DNA of 64,000 bases from Octopus sinensis (GCF_006345805.1 NC_043011.1:2480001-2544000), one strand, 5' to 3'; positions 40,089-52,009 are shown, counted from the stretch's first letter. Translations and numbers: made by a program. The notes: generated from the letters alone by a model not told the origin.

Positions 40089-40397
40089 CCATAGAATGTA
40101 GGGCATAGGGTTGTTGTGTTGTCTGCGAATATATGGGGAATTGTTGCAATGAAACAGACGTCAGATGAGTGAATAGATGCAGAGACAATTGTAGTTGGGA
40201 TAGTTTAGAATTGGAGGTGAGAAATAGATCAAAGATGTTTAGGGTAACTGAGAGACACTCTAGGATTTGTGTTAGGGGTTAAGAGAAGGTGGTAAAGAGA
40301 GTTGAGAATTCCAATGAATTAGCTTCAGCATCGACTAAAATAAGAAATGTCTGTAATATGTTGGGACCAAATTCTCCCAAATAAAAATTAGCTATAT

Positions 40398-40803
40398 TAG
40401 GCGCAGGAGTGGCTGTGTGGTAAGTAGCTTGTTTACCAACCACATGGTTCCGAGTTCAGTCCCAATGCGTGGCACCTTGGGCAAGTGTCTTCTACTATAG
40501 CCTTGGGCCGACCGAAGCCTTGTGAGTGGATTTGGTAGACGGAAACTGAAAAGAAGCCCGTCGTATATATGTATATGTATATATATGCGTGTGTGTGTCT
40601 GTGTTTGTCCCCCTAGCATTGCTTGACAACCGATGCTGGTGTGTTTATGTCCCCGTTACTTAGCGGTTTGGCAAAAGAGACCGATAGAATAAGTACTGGG
40701 CTTACAAAAAGAATAAGTCCCGGGGTCGAGTTGCTCGATTAAAGGCGGTGCTCCAGCATGGCCGCAGTCAAATGACTGAAACAAGTAAAAGAGTAAAAGA
40801 GTA
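40398..40803 (+). mobile_element. SINE family A (full length)
   Basis: As above. Confidence 0.9.
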
Positions 40804-42562
40804 TATGTTTACGTCGAAACTTAACATTTTTTCGAATATCATCCCTGAAAACGTTATTTATTTAAGGTTATTACAATCACTGCTGTTGCTTATCTACAAT
40901 CAGCCCTTATGAAACAGATACAATCTAAGACTAAAGACATTCAAAAAGTGACTATTCCATCATATTTTTATGTTGATGTCATAGTCCAGTGTGTCCATCC
41001 ATTTTTAAGATGGTAGGGCGTTATTGAAGGAAGATTTGACTGCCTTTTTCTCAACTGGCTGAACAATTGCACAATGGCAAGAAAAATATGAAAAAATATA
41101 AATTCTGCCAAACAGTTGACTCAAAGCAGTGGCTAATAGTCTCATATCTAACAACTGAGCTACCTACGTTATTGCTGTTGTTGCTGCTGCTGCTATTCTT
41201 GATATTGAATGGCTTTAATCAGTTGTTTCTCATTAACTAAATTATAGTCCTTTTATAGTAAACAGCTGTACTCTGACTGAATTATCTTTTGGCAAAGCAG
41301 TCAAGTCTTTGGATCTGAATTTTAATTGGAATCAAGAAGTTTTTAAGAAGATAGTTTATTCATTCACAAACATAATTTGTTTTTTTATTTATCAATATTC
41401 TGTTGTTTTTTTTTTTAATTCTTATTTTCTTCCTTGAATGCAGTATGCCATGGCTATTATGTTCAAGACATTTACTGTGGTTCTGTTCAATAATCAAACC
41501 TTTAAAGAGGGTGCTGATGATGACTGTTATTAATTCGTTAATGTATGATAATCGAAGAGAATATCATCAAAGGAATATTATCGACTTTACGACCAGAATG
41601 AAGAGCAAGATAGCAATGTTTTATATTGACATCGCAGTCATTCAATACTCCTTGTCTATAGCACTAAAATTCCACAGCTTCGTGATATTCAGTCACATAT
41701 TTCATTTTGGCTTTAGTGTCTTTTGTTTTCTTAGTTGCCGTTCATACATTTACATACCATGTTTAGATAGACACACACTTTGTGTCTATCTAAACAAATG
41801 TGTGGATGTATAAGTGTGCGCTCATGTATCTGTTTAGTGTGTGTATATATGTATATAAATGTATGTATATATGCATATACATGTAAATATATGTATACAT
41901 GTTTATAAATGTGTGTGTATGTATGTATGTGTGTATCTAACTATCTATCTTGTCCTATGTAAATTTACACTCTTATTTGATGTAACACCACGCACCCTCC
42001 TTTTTGTTGCCAATCACTGGCATCCCACAGTGGCTAATATTTGGTGCATCATCTCTCTCTCTCTCTCTCTCTCTCTCCTTTCCTCTCCCTCGTTTTTCAT
42101 CCATCTTTCTTTCTAACTTTCTATCTCTCTACTCTCCTCTTCAAGTTCTATAAGACATCATTTTTCGTTAGTGCTTCTCATACACATCTTGTCTCAATGT
42201 TGTCTCATAGCAATAAGGCCTTTATTTGTATGTGTTGTTTCCTGTTATGTCTCGTCTTATTCTGTTGTCATTTATCGCTTATTTTTGTCACCATCCTCCA
42301 TGTTTGCTCATTTGTTTGAAAAAGTCTTTTGCTGTTGATGCCACCAAAGTGAACAGTCTTATCATTAAAGGTGTGAAATTGTTATATTTCGATCATAACT
42401 GATGAGGGAAGAGCATGTCATTGTCATCTGCGTGATTTTCCCATGCATTCCTTTGTCAAGCTTCTGTGGAATTTTTAAATGTAGAAGGTTGAAAAGGAAC
42501 ACACGAGTTGATATATATAGAAAAAAGTCGAGATAGAAAATGCTAAAATAATTTTTAAAACA

Positions 42563-42605
42563 TTTCAGTTCCGGTTTCAGTCATTGAGACTTTTTCAACT
42601 GTAAG
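42563..42605 (-). ncRNA. Hammerhead-like motif with U3:A8 covariant core (U16.1 mutated)
   Basis: CAG-UUGAAAA-AGUC(UCAAU)GACU-GAAA-CCGG-AA-CUG; lies downstream of, and on the same strand as, the PLE at 43217-44770. Confidence 0.5.
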
Positions 42606-42983
42606 TATAGAAAACAATTAAATTTTGGGGAAACTAGAAGAAAAGGTTTTTTAAAAGAATATTTGCATAGTATTCAAATACAAGTGGCATTTTCCTTGTT
42701 TCTGTCTGTCTCTCTTGTTTACTCTTGTGAATTCTTGGTAGGGAAGAAGAAGAACAAGATCAACAACAACATTGTGGGAGTGCCATGACAGTAGTATGTT
42801 CAATGGTCAATTGCCCGCTGTGGATGGTAGTAGTAATTGTTGAATTCCTGAAACAGCTCTTTTGAATGTTTTGTTTATAGAATTTGCGTAGGTGTTATTC
42901 TAAACAGCAATAGTGGTAAAGTTAGGAAAGAGGAGGAAGAAGACAAAGAAGAAGAAAGAGAAGGGAGAATAAGGAGAATTGTA

Positions 42984-43208
42984 TATTTCTTTACTACCTA
43001 CAAGGGGCTAAACACAGAGAGGACAAACAAGGACAGACAAACGGATTAAGTCGATTACATCGACCCCAGTGTGTAACTGGTACTTTATTTATCGACCCCG
43101 AAAGGATGAAAGGCAAAGTGGACCTCGGCGGAATTTGAACCCAGAACGTAACGGCAGACGAAATACGGCTACGCATTTCGCCCGGCGCGCTAACGATTCT
43201 GCCAGCTC
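42984..43208 (-). mobile_element. SINE family B, young copy with 8-bp TSD
   Basis: TSD gaattgta at 42976-42983 and 43209-43216; CpGs retained. Confidence 0.9.
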
Positions 43209-43216
43209 GAATTGTA

Positions 43217-44770
43217 GGTAGTCTGAAAGTAGTAAGGTGTTAAATAGTCAAGTGACTTAAACTTGGCTCGTTATGGATTATAGCAGTGATTGAGACTGTT
43301 TTTTAATGAATTCTTGGGAATCTCTTGAGTGTATCATTTTTAATATTTGCGTGTGTGTTTGTGTTATTCTAAGGTCGTGGTGGATATGTCATTTGTGGCA
43401 GACGTGTTCAATTCTTAACTATCCGAAGCACATGTGAAGTTGCTTTTCACTGTGAAACGTTGTCCCTGTTTAAAGGAGAACTCTGATCCCTCAATTAAAT
43501 TGACGCATATCCCACAGTTGGGTCTTCCTAGTTTTTTTTTTAGTGACGGCTTCTGTGTTGTTGTGTGTATTCGGGCTTGTGTTAGAAGATTTTTCATAGA
43601 TTTGGGCTGTCTCTTGCTTTTTATGATGGTGTATGTTTGGAGGATTAAGTTCATTCTGTGATCCTTTTTTTTAGAAGGGATATGTTTTGGAGGATGGTGT
43701 CGAAGGCTTTATTGTTGGGAGAGTTGTGTGTAATGTATGGTAGGGCTTTTGGCTGTAAATCTTTCTTTAATTTGGGATGTCTAAGTTGCTGGATGTTGAG
43801 TTGAAGGGCCCGTTGAAAGCATATGTCAGTTAGTGAAGGTGGGTAGTTCCTGGTGATGAGTGTATCCTTTAGTTCATGTAGTCGTGTGTCTCTGGTGTTT
43901 GCATTAGAAACTATAGTACATATCCTTTTTGTTAGGTTGAAGGGGGTATTCATTCTGGTGTGTCTGGGGTGGCATGAGTTGAACGGTAGATATTGCTTGG
44001 AGTCCGTAGGCTTATAGTATATATCTGTTTCTATTAAGTTGTTAGATTTCTTAATGAGGATGTCGAGGAAGAGAAGTTGTTGCTGGCTATATTCCATCAT
44101 AAATTGAATGTTTACATCAAGTCCGTTTAGAAGTGCTTGGAATTCTTTAAGTTTCTCTGTATTTTCATACCAAAGAATGAAACAGTCATCCAGTTATTTT
44201 TTATGAAGAGGGAGAAAGGGCTGCCGTATCTTTCTAGAACCTTATGATATCCCATTACTAGGTTAGCAAAGGAAGGGGACATTCCCGTACCCATCGCAGT
44301 CCCCGATTTTTTTCGTTAGAAGTTGTCTTTGAAGGTGAAGTAGTTATTTTTTAGGATGAATTTTAGCCCTTCTATCATGAATTCTTTTTTCATGCGATGT
44401 GGGAGTTCGTTGGCATAATTCTCTAGCCAGAATTGAATTGCCTCTATTCCTAGGTTGTGGGGGATATTGGAATAGAGGTTGAATACATCGAAGGATACTT
44501 GTAGGGTGTTTTTGTTTATTGTTTTAGGAAGGTGATTGAGCATATCCAGTCGTCCCTTATATAGCTTTTGACATGCTTGAGGAATGGTTTAAGAAAGTAT
44601 CTAAAATGTTACTGAGGCAGTGGGTTCTGCATGCGGGATCTGCTATTATAGGTCTCAATTTAAGGTCATTGGGAGTAGGGACTTTAATTATTTTGTCTGT
44701 GGCTATCTTGCATGTGTTACTTATTTTCTCACTTCTGTGTACCTTGGGAATACTGTAGAATGATGAAGAA
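43217..44770 (-). mobile_element. Penelope-like element: RT, thumb and degenerate GIY-YIG region
   Basis: SFDVFNLYSNIPH, ILKNNYFTF, GTAMGTGMSPSFANL, LLFLDILI...DIYYKPTDSKQYLPFNSCHPRH, KSNFTCAS. Confidence 0.9.
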
Positions 44771-45502
44771 AGATCAATTTGTCAGAAGAGGCAAAAGAAA
44801 ACCACTGCATCAGATCTAAAAGGCTATTAAACAAACTGAAAAATCCAGCAGAAGATTTGATTTGGTTTTTCTCAAACGAGAAATACTTCGACCAAGATCA
44901 AAAAGTTAACAGAAGAAATGACAGAAGGTTATATGCAGACCCTTCTGAAGTTCCAAGTGCTATGCGTACAAAATTTCTTGCAACTGTCATGGTTTTAGGG
45001 GTTGTCAGCAATGAAGGACGTGTCATGCCTCTTTCCACAAGGCCTTAGAGTTAACTCTGCCGCCTACATTGAGGTCCTGGAAATAATTGTTAAGCCCTGG
45101 ATAGACAGGGTATACAATGGAAGGCCATATGTGTTTCAGTAATACTCTGCACTAATACACATGGCTCTAGTAACACAGGAATGGTTTGCTGAAAATTTTC
45201 ATGATCACATAACCCCTAACATAACCTCCTAATTCCCCAGATCTCAATCCATTGGACTATTAGACATGGAGCGATGTTGAGAGGGAGATTAATGAACACG
45301 CCCGAACCAGATCACTTGATTCGAGCATATAGATGATTTAGATCTCATATAGAAGCAGTTGTTGAAACTGAAGGTAGCTTTATTAAATAACATTATAGAA
45401 AAGGTTTATTTTTATCCTCATAGCATTGTTTGATAAATAAAGTTATTATCTGTTTTTTTTTATGAACATAAATCTGGCTTCAAATATCTTATACACCCTG
45501 TA
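44771..45502 (+). mobile_element. Tc1/mariner (maT/DD37D-like) 3' fragment with right TIR
   Basis: WFFSNEKYFDQDQKVNRRNDR, VMVLGVVSNEG, RPYVFQ, TQEWFAENFHDHITPN, PNSPDLNPLDY; ends ...cttatacaccctg|ta. Confidence 0.85.
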
Positions 45503-45533
45503 CATATATATACATATTATATATACATATTTC

Positions 45534-45587
<54 letters not shown>

Positions 45588-45589
45588 TT

Positions 45590-46190
45590 CAAGTGATGAA
45601 ATTTTCTCTATATATAGGACACAAGATAGAATGCTAAATCACCCCCAATAGTATAATTACATGTATCTCAATTAAAATATCGGATCTTTCAGCCGATGAA
45701 GATATTTTCAATGCCCATGCACGTTACTACAACCAGGCCCTCAATAAAGCGGCGTCTGAGATAAAAATTGATACATACACAATAGTATCTTCAAGAATAA
45801 AACAGCACACCTCTTCCCAGGTTATATGACCTCCTCTCCTTACCAGTTAAACAACACTGCAAGAAGACTGCTCTCAAATTACAGGCGCCAACGCCATTGG
45901 CACTCTCAGTGCAATGGTAGTTTTAAATCTCCTCATATTGATCAGCCCACTGATCAGCCGGTAAAAAAAACTACCTTCAGGAAACGTGAAATCTTGTGGT
46001 TCACTTCACCCTTCTCCCTTAAGGTTAGATCCCTACCAAAACTATTTTTTAAAATGTTTAAATCTAACTTTCTGCTACAGCACAAGTATTCTATTTTCAA
46101 TAAATCTTCAATAAAAATATCTTACTCTACCACACTTAACCTCTTAACTGCTATCAATAGTTGCAAACTCTGAGGTAAGTTGATTGAACA
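45590..46190 (+). mobile_element. Second PLE family, post-RT fragment
   Basis: RKREILWFTSPFSLKV...KLFFKM...HKYSIFNKSSIKISYS resembles the PLE motif R.IIWFNPP.S..V...FN...K.SYS. Confidence 0.7.
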
Positions 46191-46557
46191 TCTCTTATTA
46201 TAAAAGGCAGATTTTATCTGCCTCCCTTTGTATCTTATAGAAATCTACAATATAGGATTTCTTCAATTACAATTTACCTAGCATTTTTAAGAGTAGAATG
46301 CATCGGGTCGTGCCAGGTCCAGTTTTTAAAATTTCAACCCCAATTAAGCAAAATTTAGAGAAAACTCACATTGTGGTGTATAAGTCAAATGCTTTTCTTA
46401 GTGTGGCCTACACCACACGCACACGCACACACACAGTGTGCAACGAATAAAGTGAAAGTAATTCACTTTTTGTACTGAGTGACTCTTTCACTCTGCATTC
46501 CCACTTCCTCTTTACACACATAGACACGCAAATATATAAATAAAATTGTAAGCTAAC

Positions 46558-46589
<32 letters not shown>

Positions 46590-46639
46590 GTGTGTGTGAG
46601 GGTGCGTGTGTGTGTGCGTGTGCGTGAGTGTGTGACAGT

Positions 46640-46987
46640 AAAGTTTTTTAGGACGAATATAAGACCTATATCCAAGTAGCAGAAAGATTGCCCAAAAGTG
46701 TATATAGATATTTAAATGTATTTATATATTCATCTATACACAGATGTATGTATAATGTGTGTGTATATATTTCCATAGACGTAACCATTCACTCCATACA
46801 AAGTTTTTTAGGACGAAAATAAGATCTAAAGTTATCTCTAAGAAACAGAAAGATCGCCCAAAAGTGTATATAGATATTTAAATGTATTTATATATTAATC
46901 TATACACACATGTATGTATAATGTGCGTGTATATATTTCCATAGAGGTAACCATTCAATCCATACAAAGTTTTTTAGGACGAAAATA
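46640..46987. repeat. Tandem repeat, ~160-166-bp unit, about 2.1 copies
   Basis: aaagttttttaggacgaa starts at about 46640, 46800 and 46966. Confidence 0.9.
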
Positions 46988-47834
46988 TTTATATATAAAA
47001 GAAAGGGTGTGTGTCTGTCTACTCCGATTTAGATTCCTAACTACTCCCACATTTTGCGATGCAGTTTAACCAAAACCGGGTATCTTATAGTCGTGATTCA
47101 TATCGAGCCCTTCTGCGTATTAGCGCGCGTCTACGATGAGTCTATGATTTTACAAATAATTTACCATCATTTGTTTCCATTTTAATGCATATTTTTTTTT
47201 TAATAAAGGGAAGTAACTCTCAAACTTCACACCAATATGCGTGCTCATATGCGACGTAATATCACATCAGCAGCATTTCCTCACACCCTCCTTGCACTTG
47301 GCGAAGGCAAAATACCAGGGGATGAAAATGGTAATATTGCCATCGATTCCATTTGTACCATTGTTAAGACGCCTTCTGATCTCAGAGATGCAGTGTTCCC
47401 AGATCTACAAGCTAATTATCAGAATATGGATTGGATTGGCAAAAAGGCTATACTGGCCCCGAGGAATAAAACTGTTCACCATATTAATGATGAAATGCTA
47501 AAACTCATTCCTGGGGAAGTCTATGTATATCAGTCTATCGATACAACTCCTGACCCAGAGGACGTCATCAACTATCCAATAGAGGTACTCAATTCCTTTG
47601 AGCACCCCGGACTACCACCACACTTTCTCAAACTTAAAGTTGGTGCCCCTATAATGCTCATCAGAAATTTGGTTCCCCCAAAACAATGCAATGGCACACG
47701 TTTGATCGTTAAGTCCTTATCTCCCACCGTAAACTTATATCAATATTTGCCTGAATAATCATCATAATTCAGTGCAATCATTAACAGTACTTTCAAGCAA
47801 TTCAGCCCCGAGCAACGCCGGGCAATTCTGCTAG
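46988..47834 (+). mobile_element. Internally deleted Helitron retaining a Pif1-type helicase fragment
   Basis: ORF 47237..47758 with AILAPRN..V..IN and GLPPH.LKLKVGAPIMLIRNL...CNGTRLIV; 3' cccgagcaacgccggg hairpin plus CTAG|t. Confidence 0.92.
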
Positions 47835-48514
47835 TATAATATAAATCCTTTACATCATCCTGAACGTATCCTGACAACAACAATAAAACAACCACTAGCA
47901 ACTCTCTAAGTAATTCTAAAACGATAACAGTATCTCACAACCTGGATTACTAAATAATGAATACCAGTTCCAACAGAGCCATCAAGTCCAATTATATCAT
48001 AAACTCCGACTTAGACCCACCCTTACCAGTGACATAGACTAACTTCACTAGGGTGACACTAACTATCATACAAACAAAAATTCTTGCAATTGTTGTACAT
48101 CCAATTTATGCTCTCTTTAAGGATTTTACTTACACAAAAAGATAATATACAAATGCACTGTGTTGACAACCCAAAACCACCAAACAATGATATATGTTGG
48201 GAGTACAGCAGACTTCAAGCGTAGATAAAAGATATTAATTCTTTTATTAATCCTAGAACCAGATTTTCTACTTCTTTAGCTCAGTATATCCATTGTCTCA
48301 AAGTACAAAATATTCAGTATAAATTATCTTCATCAACTGTAACGGAAGCACCCCCTTACAATTTATATGCACATATATGTAATCTTTGTATTAGGGAATC
48401 CTTAACCATTCTGAGTATGCACAATTCTTAATGCTAAATATGTTTTCTGATGTCATCTTCTCCTGTAGACACAGGTATTATTTGACCTTTAGATATTCGG
48501 TTAACTGTTCATAC

Positions 48515-48815
48515 ATCATCATCATCATCATCATCATCATCATTTAGCGTCCGCTTTCCATGCTAGTATGGGTTGGACGGTTAAACCGGGGTCTGTGAAG
48601 CCAGAAGGCTGCATCAGGCCCAGTCTGATCTGGCAGTGTTTCTACGGCTGGATGCCCTTCCTAACGCCAACCACTCAGTGAGTGTAGTGGGTGCTTTTTA
48701 CGTGCCACCTGCACGGGGGCGAGGCGAGGCTGGTAACGGTCACGATCGGATGGTGCTTTTTACGTGCCACCGGCACGGGGGCCAGGCGAGGCTGGCAACG
48801 GCCACGATCGGATGG
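48515..48815 (-). mobile_element. RTE-LINE 3'UTR fragment with (GAT)n tail
   Basis: Same family as 5680, 23132 and 60781. Confidence 0.8.
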
Positions 48816-49080
48816 AGCTACCTACACAATAAATTATTCCATTAAATCTGAAATGTAAAAACCTGGCTTATGTCATCTCCTCCAACCTTCCACCTCTAAC
48901 ATTATTAATAGCTTGATCTTAATAGTTGTATATTTTCCCATCCTACTATTATATAATAAAAAAAGAAAAAAGGTTACATACCTAACACCCACCCATCATA
49001 ATAATAAGTATATCTCTTTATAAAGATTGTCAGCATCGAATTCTACCGTAGTGCATGACAAATGTAGCCTTACCAGTTGG

Positions 49081-49179
49081 AAAGTTCCCTGAGGAAGGAG
49101 GCGGTGATATTAGGTTAATGGAACTTAAATTCTATTACATCTTTGTACCACTATGCTTCCAGAAACTGCCATCAGATTT
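49081..49179 (+). ncRNA. Degenerate hammerhead-like motif with long helix II
   Basis: CUGAGGA-A-GGAGGC...UAAUGGAA(CUUAAA)UUCUAUUA...GCUUCC-A-GAAAC-UGCC-AUC-AGAU; helices I and III are imperfect. Confidence 0.35.
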
Positions 49180-49413
49180 TAACGAACTATAAACATCTAT
49201 ATGGATTTACAATATTCTCTGCAATCCACCCATTCTGTGTATATGATTTTAATACTAATAAATCTCTGAACGAGATGTAATACTGATTTTAATACTGTTT
49301 TTTTAAAGCGTATTTATATATTTATATATCTATGTATTTTTAGAACATGATTTTGTGCATATAATAATTTTACAACTGAGTATATTTCAGTAATCTTCCC
49401 TTTGTCTCTCATC

Positions 49414-49483
<70 letters not shown>

Positions 49484-49857
49484 CATATATATATAAATGG
49501 AGTTAAACGCAGGTGTTATTCAAATACTTTAACTTCCGACACATGTTTCGAAGATATGATTGTTATTGTCCCATCCTTAAGACTTATCTGTCCTTCTAGC
49601 TCTGTCATCGGTGTACTTAGTAAAAATATTCTAGATAAATATATTCCTACCTAAAAAAATTAAAGCTTAGTTTATAGTCCAATTCATTCCAAGTCGTCGA
49701 CTGGTTTAGTTCTCTTTTTAATAAGAGGAGCACTAATTATATCCAGTTTGCCATTTTTTGTTTTTATTCCTCCATCAACCCAATAGTTCTTAATAAGGTA
49801 CTTTGGTTTGCTCATAACAAAGCTGGTCTCACTAGGGAAGATATATATATATTTTAC

Positions 49858-50096
49858 ATGCACCGGAACAGGAGCCAGTCAGGGAGCACTGGCCATAGCT
49901 ACGATTTAGGTTTTACTTGACTCAACAGGTCCTCCCAAGCATATCATATCACCCGATGCATCAAGGGTACTTTTAAATGGGCTGGAAATGCAACACTGGC
50001 ACCAGCAATGGCTGCTATTTTACTTTAGTTGCCAGATTTTCTCAGTCACAGCATATCTCTAAAGGTTTCGATCTCCCGTCATTGATTCTGTGAGGC
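49858..50096 (-). mobile_element. RTE-LINE 3'-end fragment (inverted partner of 51050)
   Basis: Reverse complement of 51050-51300. Confidence 0.75.
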
Positions 50097-50648
50097 CCAC
50101 ACAAATATACATTCTAAATGTAATCGAACTGCGATAAATAGCTCCCGAAATGGCCATAGGTGTGTTTGAATTGATATTGTGGAACTCTTTTAGCTAATTG
50201 ACTCTAGCCTACCATGGTTTTAAGAATTGAACTTTTGGAAGCACTCTTGTGTGAGGAGAGTAAAAAAAAACTTTTTAAAAACATTTTTAGTCGATTAATA
50301 TTTTATTTTATCTTAGTTTATTTAGGTTTTGTTTTTTAGTAGCACAACACGCTTTAGAATTTTTATGAATTTTTAGTCGTTTATATTTATCTTTTGATAG
50401 GCTTCTGTATATATTGTATTTTATTTGCATCTATATTTTCACCTTCTGTATTTTTATGCCAATGTATATTTTTATATATATTTTTATATGTTTAAGAACC
50501 GTGGTAATATTTATATATGATCAAATGTTGGAAGTATGGTGACTCGAATTTGATGTTTGTTCTATGATTAATGTTTCTAGCATTCACCATGATAGATCGC
50601 TAGCCATTAAACCTTCTTTATTTCCTCTCCCTGTTTATTTCTGTGTTC

Positions 50649-50684
50649 CTTTCTGTCGAAGAGCACAGGCTCGAAATGTAAAAG
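50649..50684 (+). ncRNA. Minimal type I hammerhead-like motif (A6U variant)
   Basis: CUUU-CUGUCGA-A-GAGC(ACAG)GCUC-GAAA-UG-UA-AAAG; 4-bp helix I and 4-bp helix II. Confidence 0.55.
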
Positions 50685-51049
50685 ACTTTCTCACTTCCCG
50701 AGCGTTAAACTAATACAACTATTTGTTGTTTACACAACCGTCTTCATCTTTTTTGTTTGTAAATTTTCACTATATATATGTATGTATGTATATATATATA
50801 TATATAATCAAAATAAGCAACAAGAATAACTTCGGTAATTTGGTACGATCGTTTCACGCTACATCATTTTATTAAATATTGTTATTATTACAACAGTTTT
50901 AAAATGTTGAATAATCATCAGCCATTTATAGAGGTTTTCCATTAATACATAATTGGTGCATCTAACTTAAGTACCATATTCATTTGAATCTAAATTTTGC
51001 TGAACTTATATATATATTTATATATATATATATATATATACATATGTAT

Positions 51050-51392
51050 GAGCCTCACAGAGGCAATGACTGGAGACTGAGACCTTTGGAGATAAACTGT
51101 GATTGAGAAGACCCAGCAACTAAAGTGAAATTGTAGCCATGACTGATGCCAGTGTTGCATGTCCAGCCCATTTAAAAGTACCCTTGATGCATTGGGCGAT
51201 ATGATATGCTTGGGAGGACCTGTTGAGTCAAATAAAACCTAAATCGTAGCTATGGCCAGTGCCCCTTGACTGGTTCTTGTTCCGGTGCATGTAAAATGCA
51301 TCATCCGAACGTGATCGATGCCAGTACCCCCTGACTTTGGCTCCAATGTTGGTGGCATGTAAAAATCACCGCCTGAACGTGGTCAATGCCAA
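51050..51392 (+). mobile_element. RTE-LINE 3'-end fragment
   Basis: cctcacagaggcaatgactggagactgagacctttggaga... is homologous to the RTE end at ~55765. Confidence 0.75.
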
Positions 51393-52009
51393 TAGATATC
51401 TTTTGAAACAGATTTTGTTGTATTGTTAATGTGAAACCACCTGGAGAACTTATTTTCAATTTTTTAGAAGCAGCAGCTAAATACTTCTCTAATCTCAACA
51501 CACCCCTATTTTAAACGTATGAGCTAACCTTTCAAACCATTCTTTATATATAAATATGTTTGTGTGGAAATAGAGAAACAACTTTTGCATTTGATTTCAT
51601 TTAGTGTTTTCAGCCCACTAATTTATGGTCTTCTGTCAGTGTTAAAAAGCACCATTGTTATCTCTATTCAGTGAAGACAGGCTTTGGATCTACTTGTGCT
51701 GTATTCCAGACATTAATTCCTATTAGGTATCCTTGTATCCTTCTGACTTTCTATCAAGCACAGTTGGGTTTCTTATTGTTTTTCTATTAGAATTCCATTC
51801 ACATTTAGGATGCATTATAAAAATATTATTTATCCAACTGCAGTGTTTGACAGATACTATATTTTGTGGCAACTGAAAGGATAGAATGAAAAGCTGATGT
51901 CAGCAAGATTTTGACTTAGAACTTAAAGAGCCACAACTAAACAGCCTCAGGAACTTTATCTATTCATTAATGATTCTGCTAATCCACCATAAGCTAAGGA
52001 GAAAATTTG

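Noticed and set aside
49535-49618. CCGAUGA...GAAACAUGU motif as a functional hammerhead
   Set aside because: Position 17 would be G and helix II does not close; kept only as part of the tail-to-tail architecture finding
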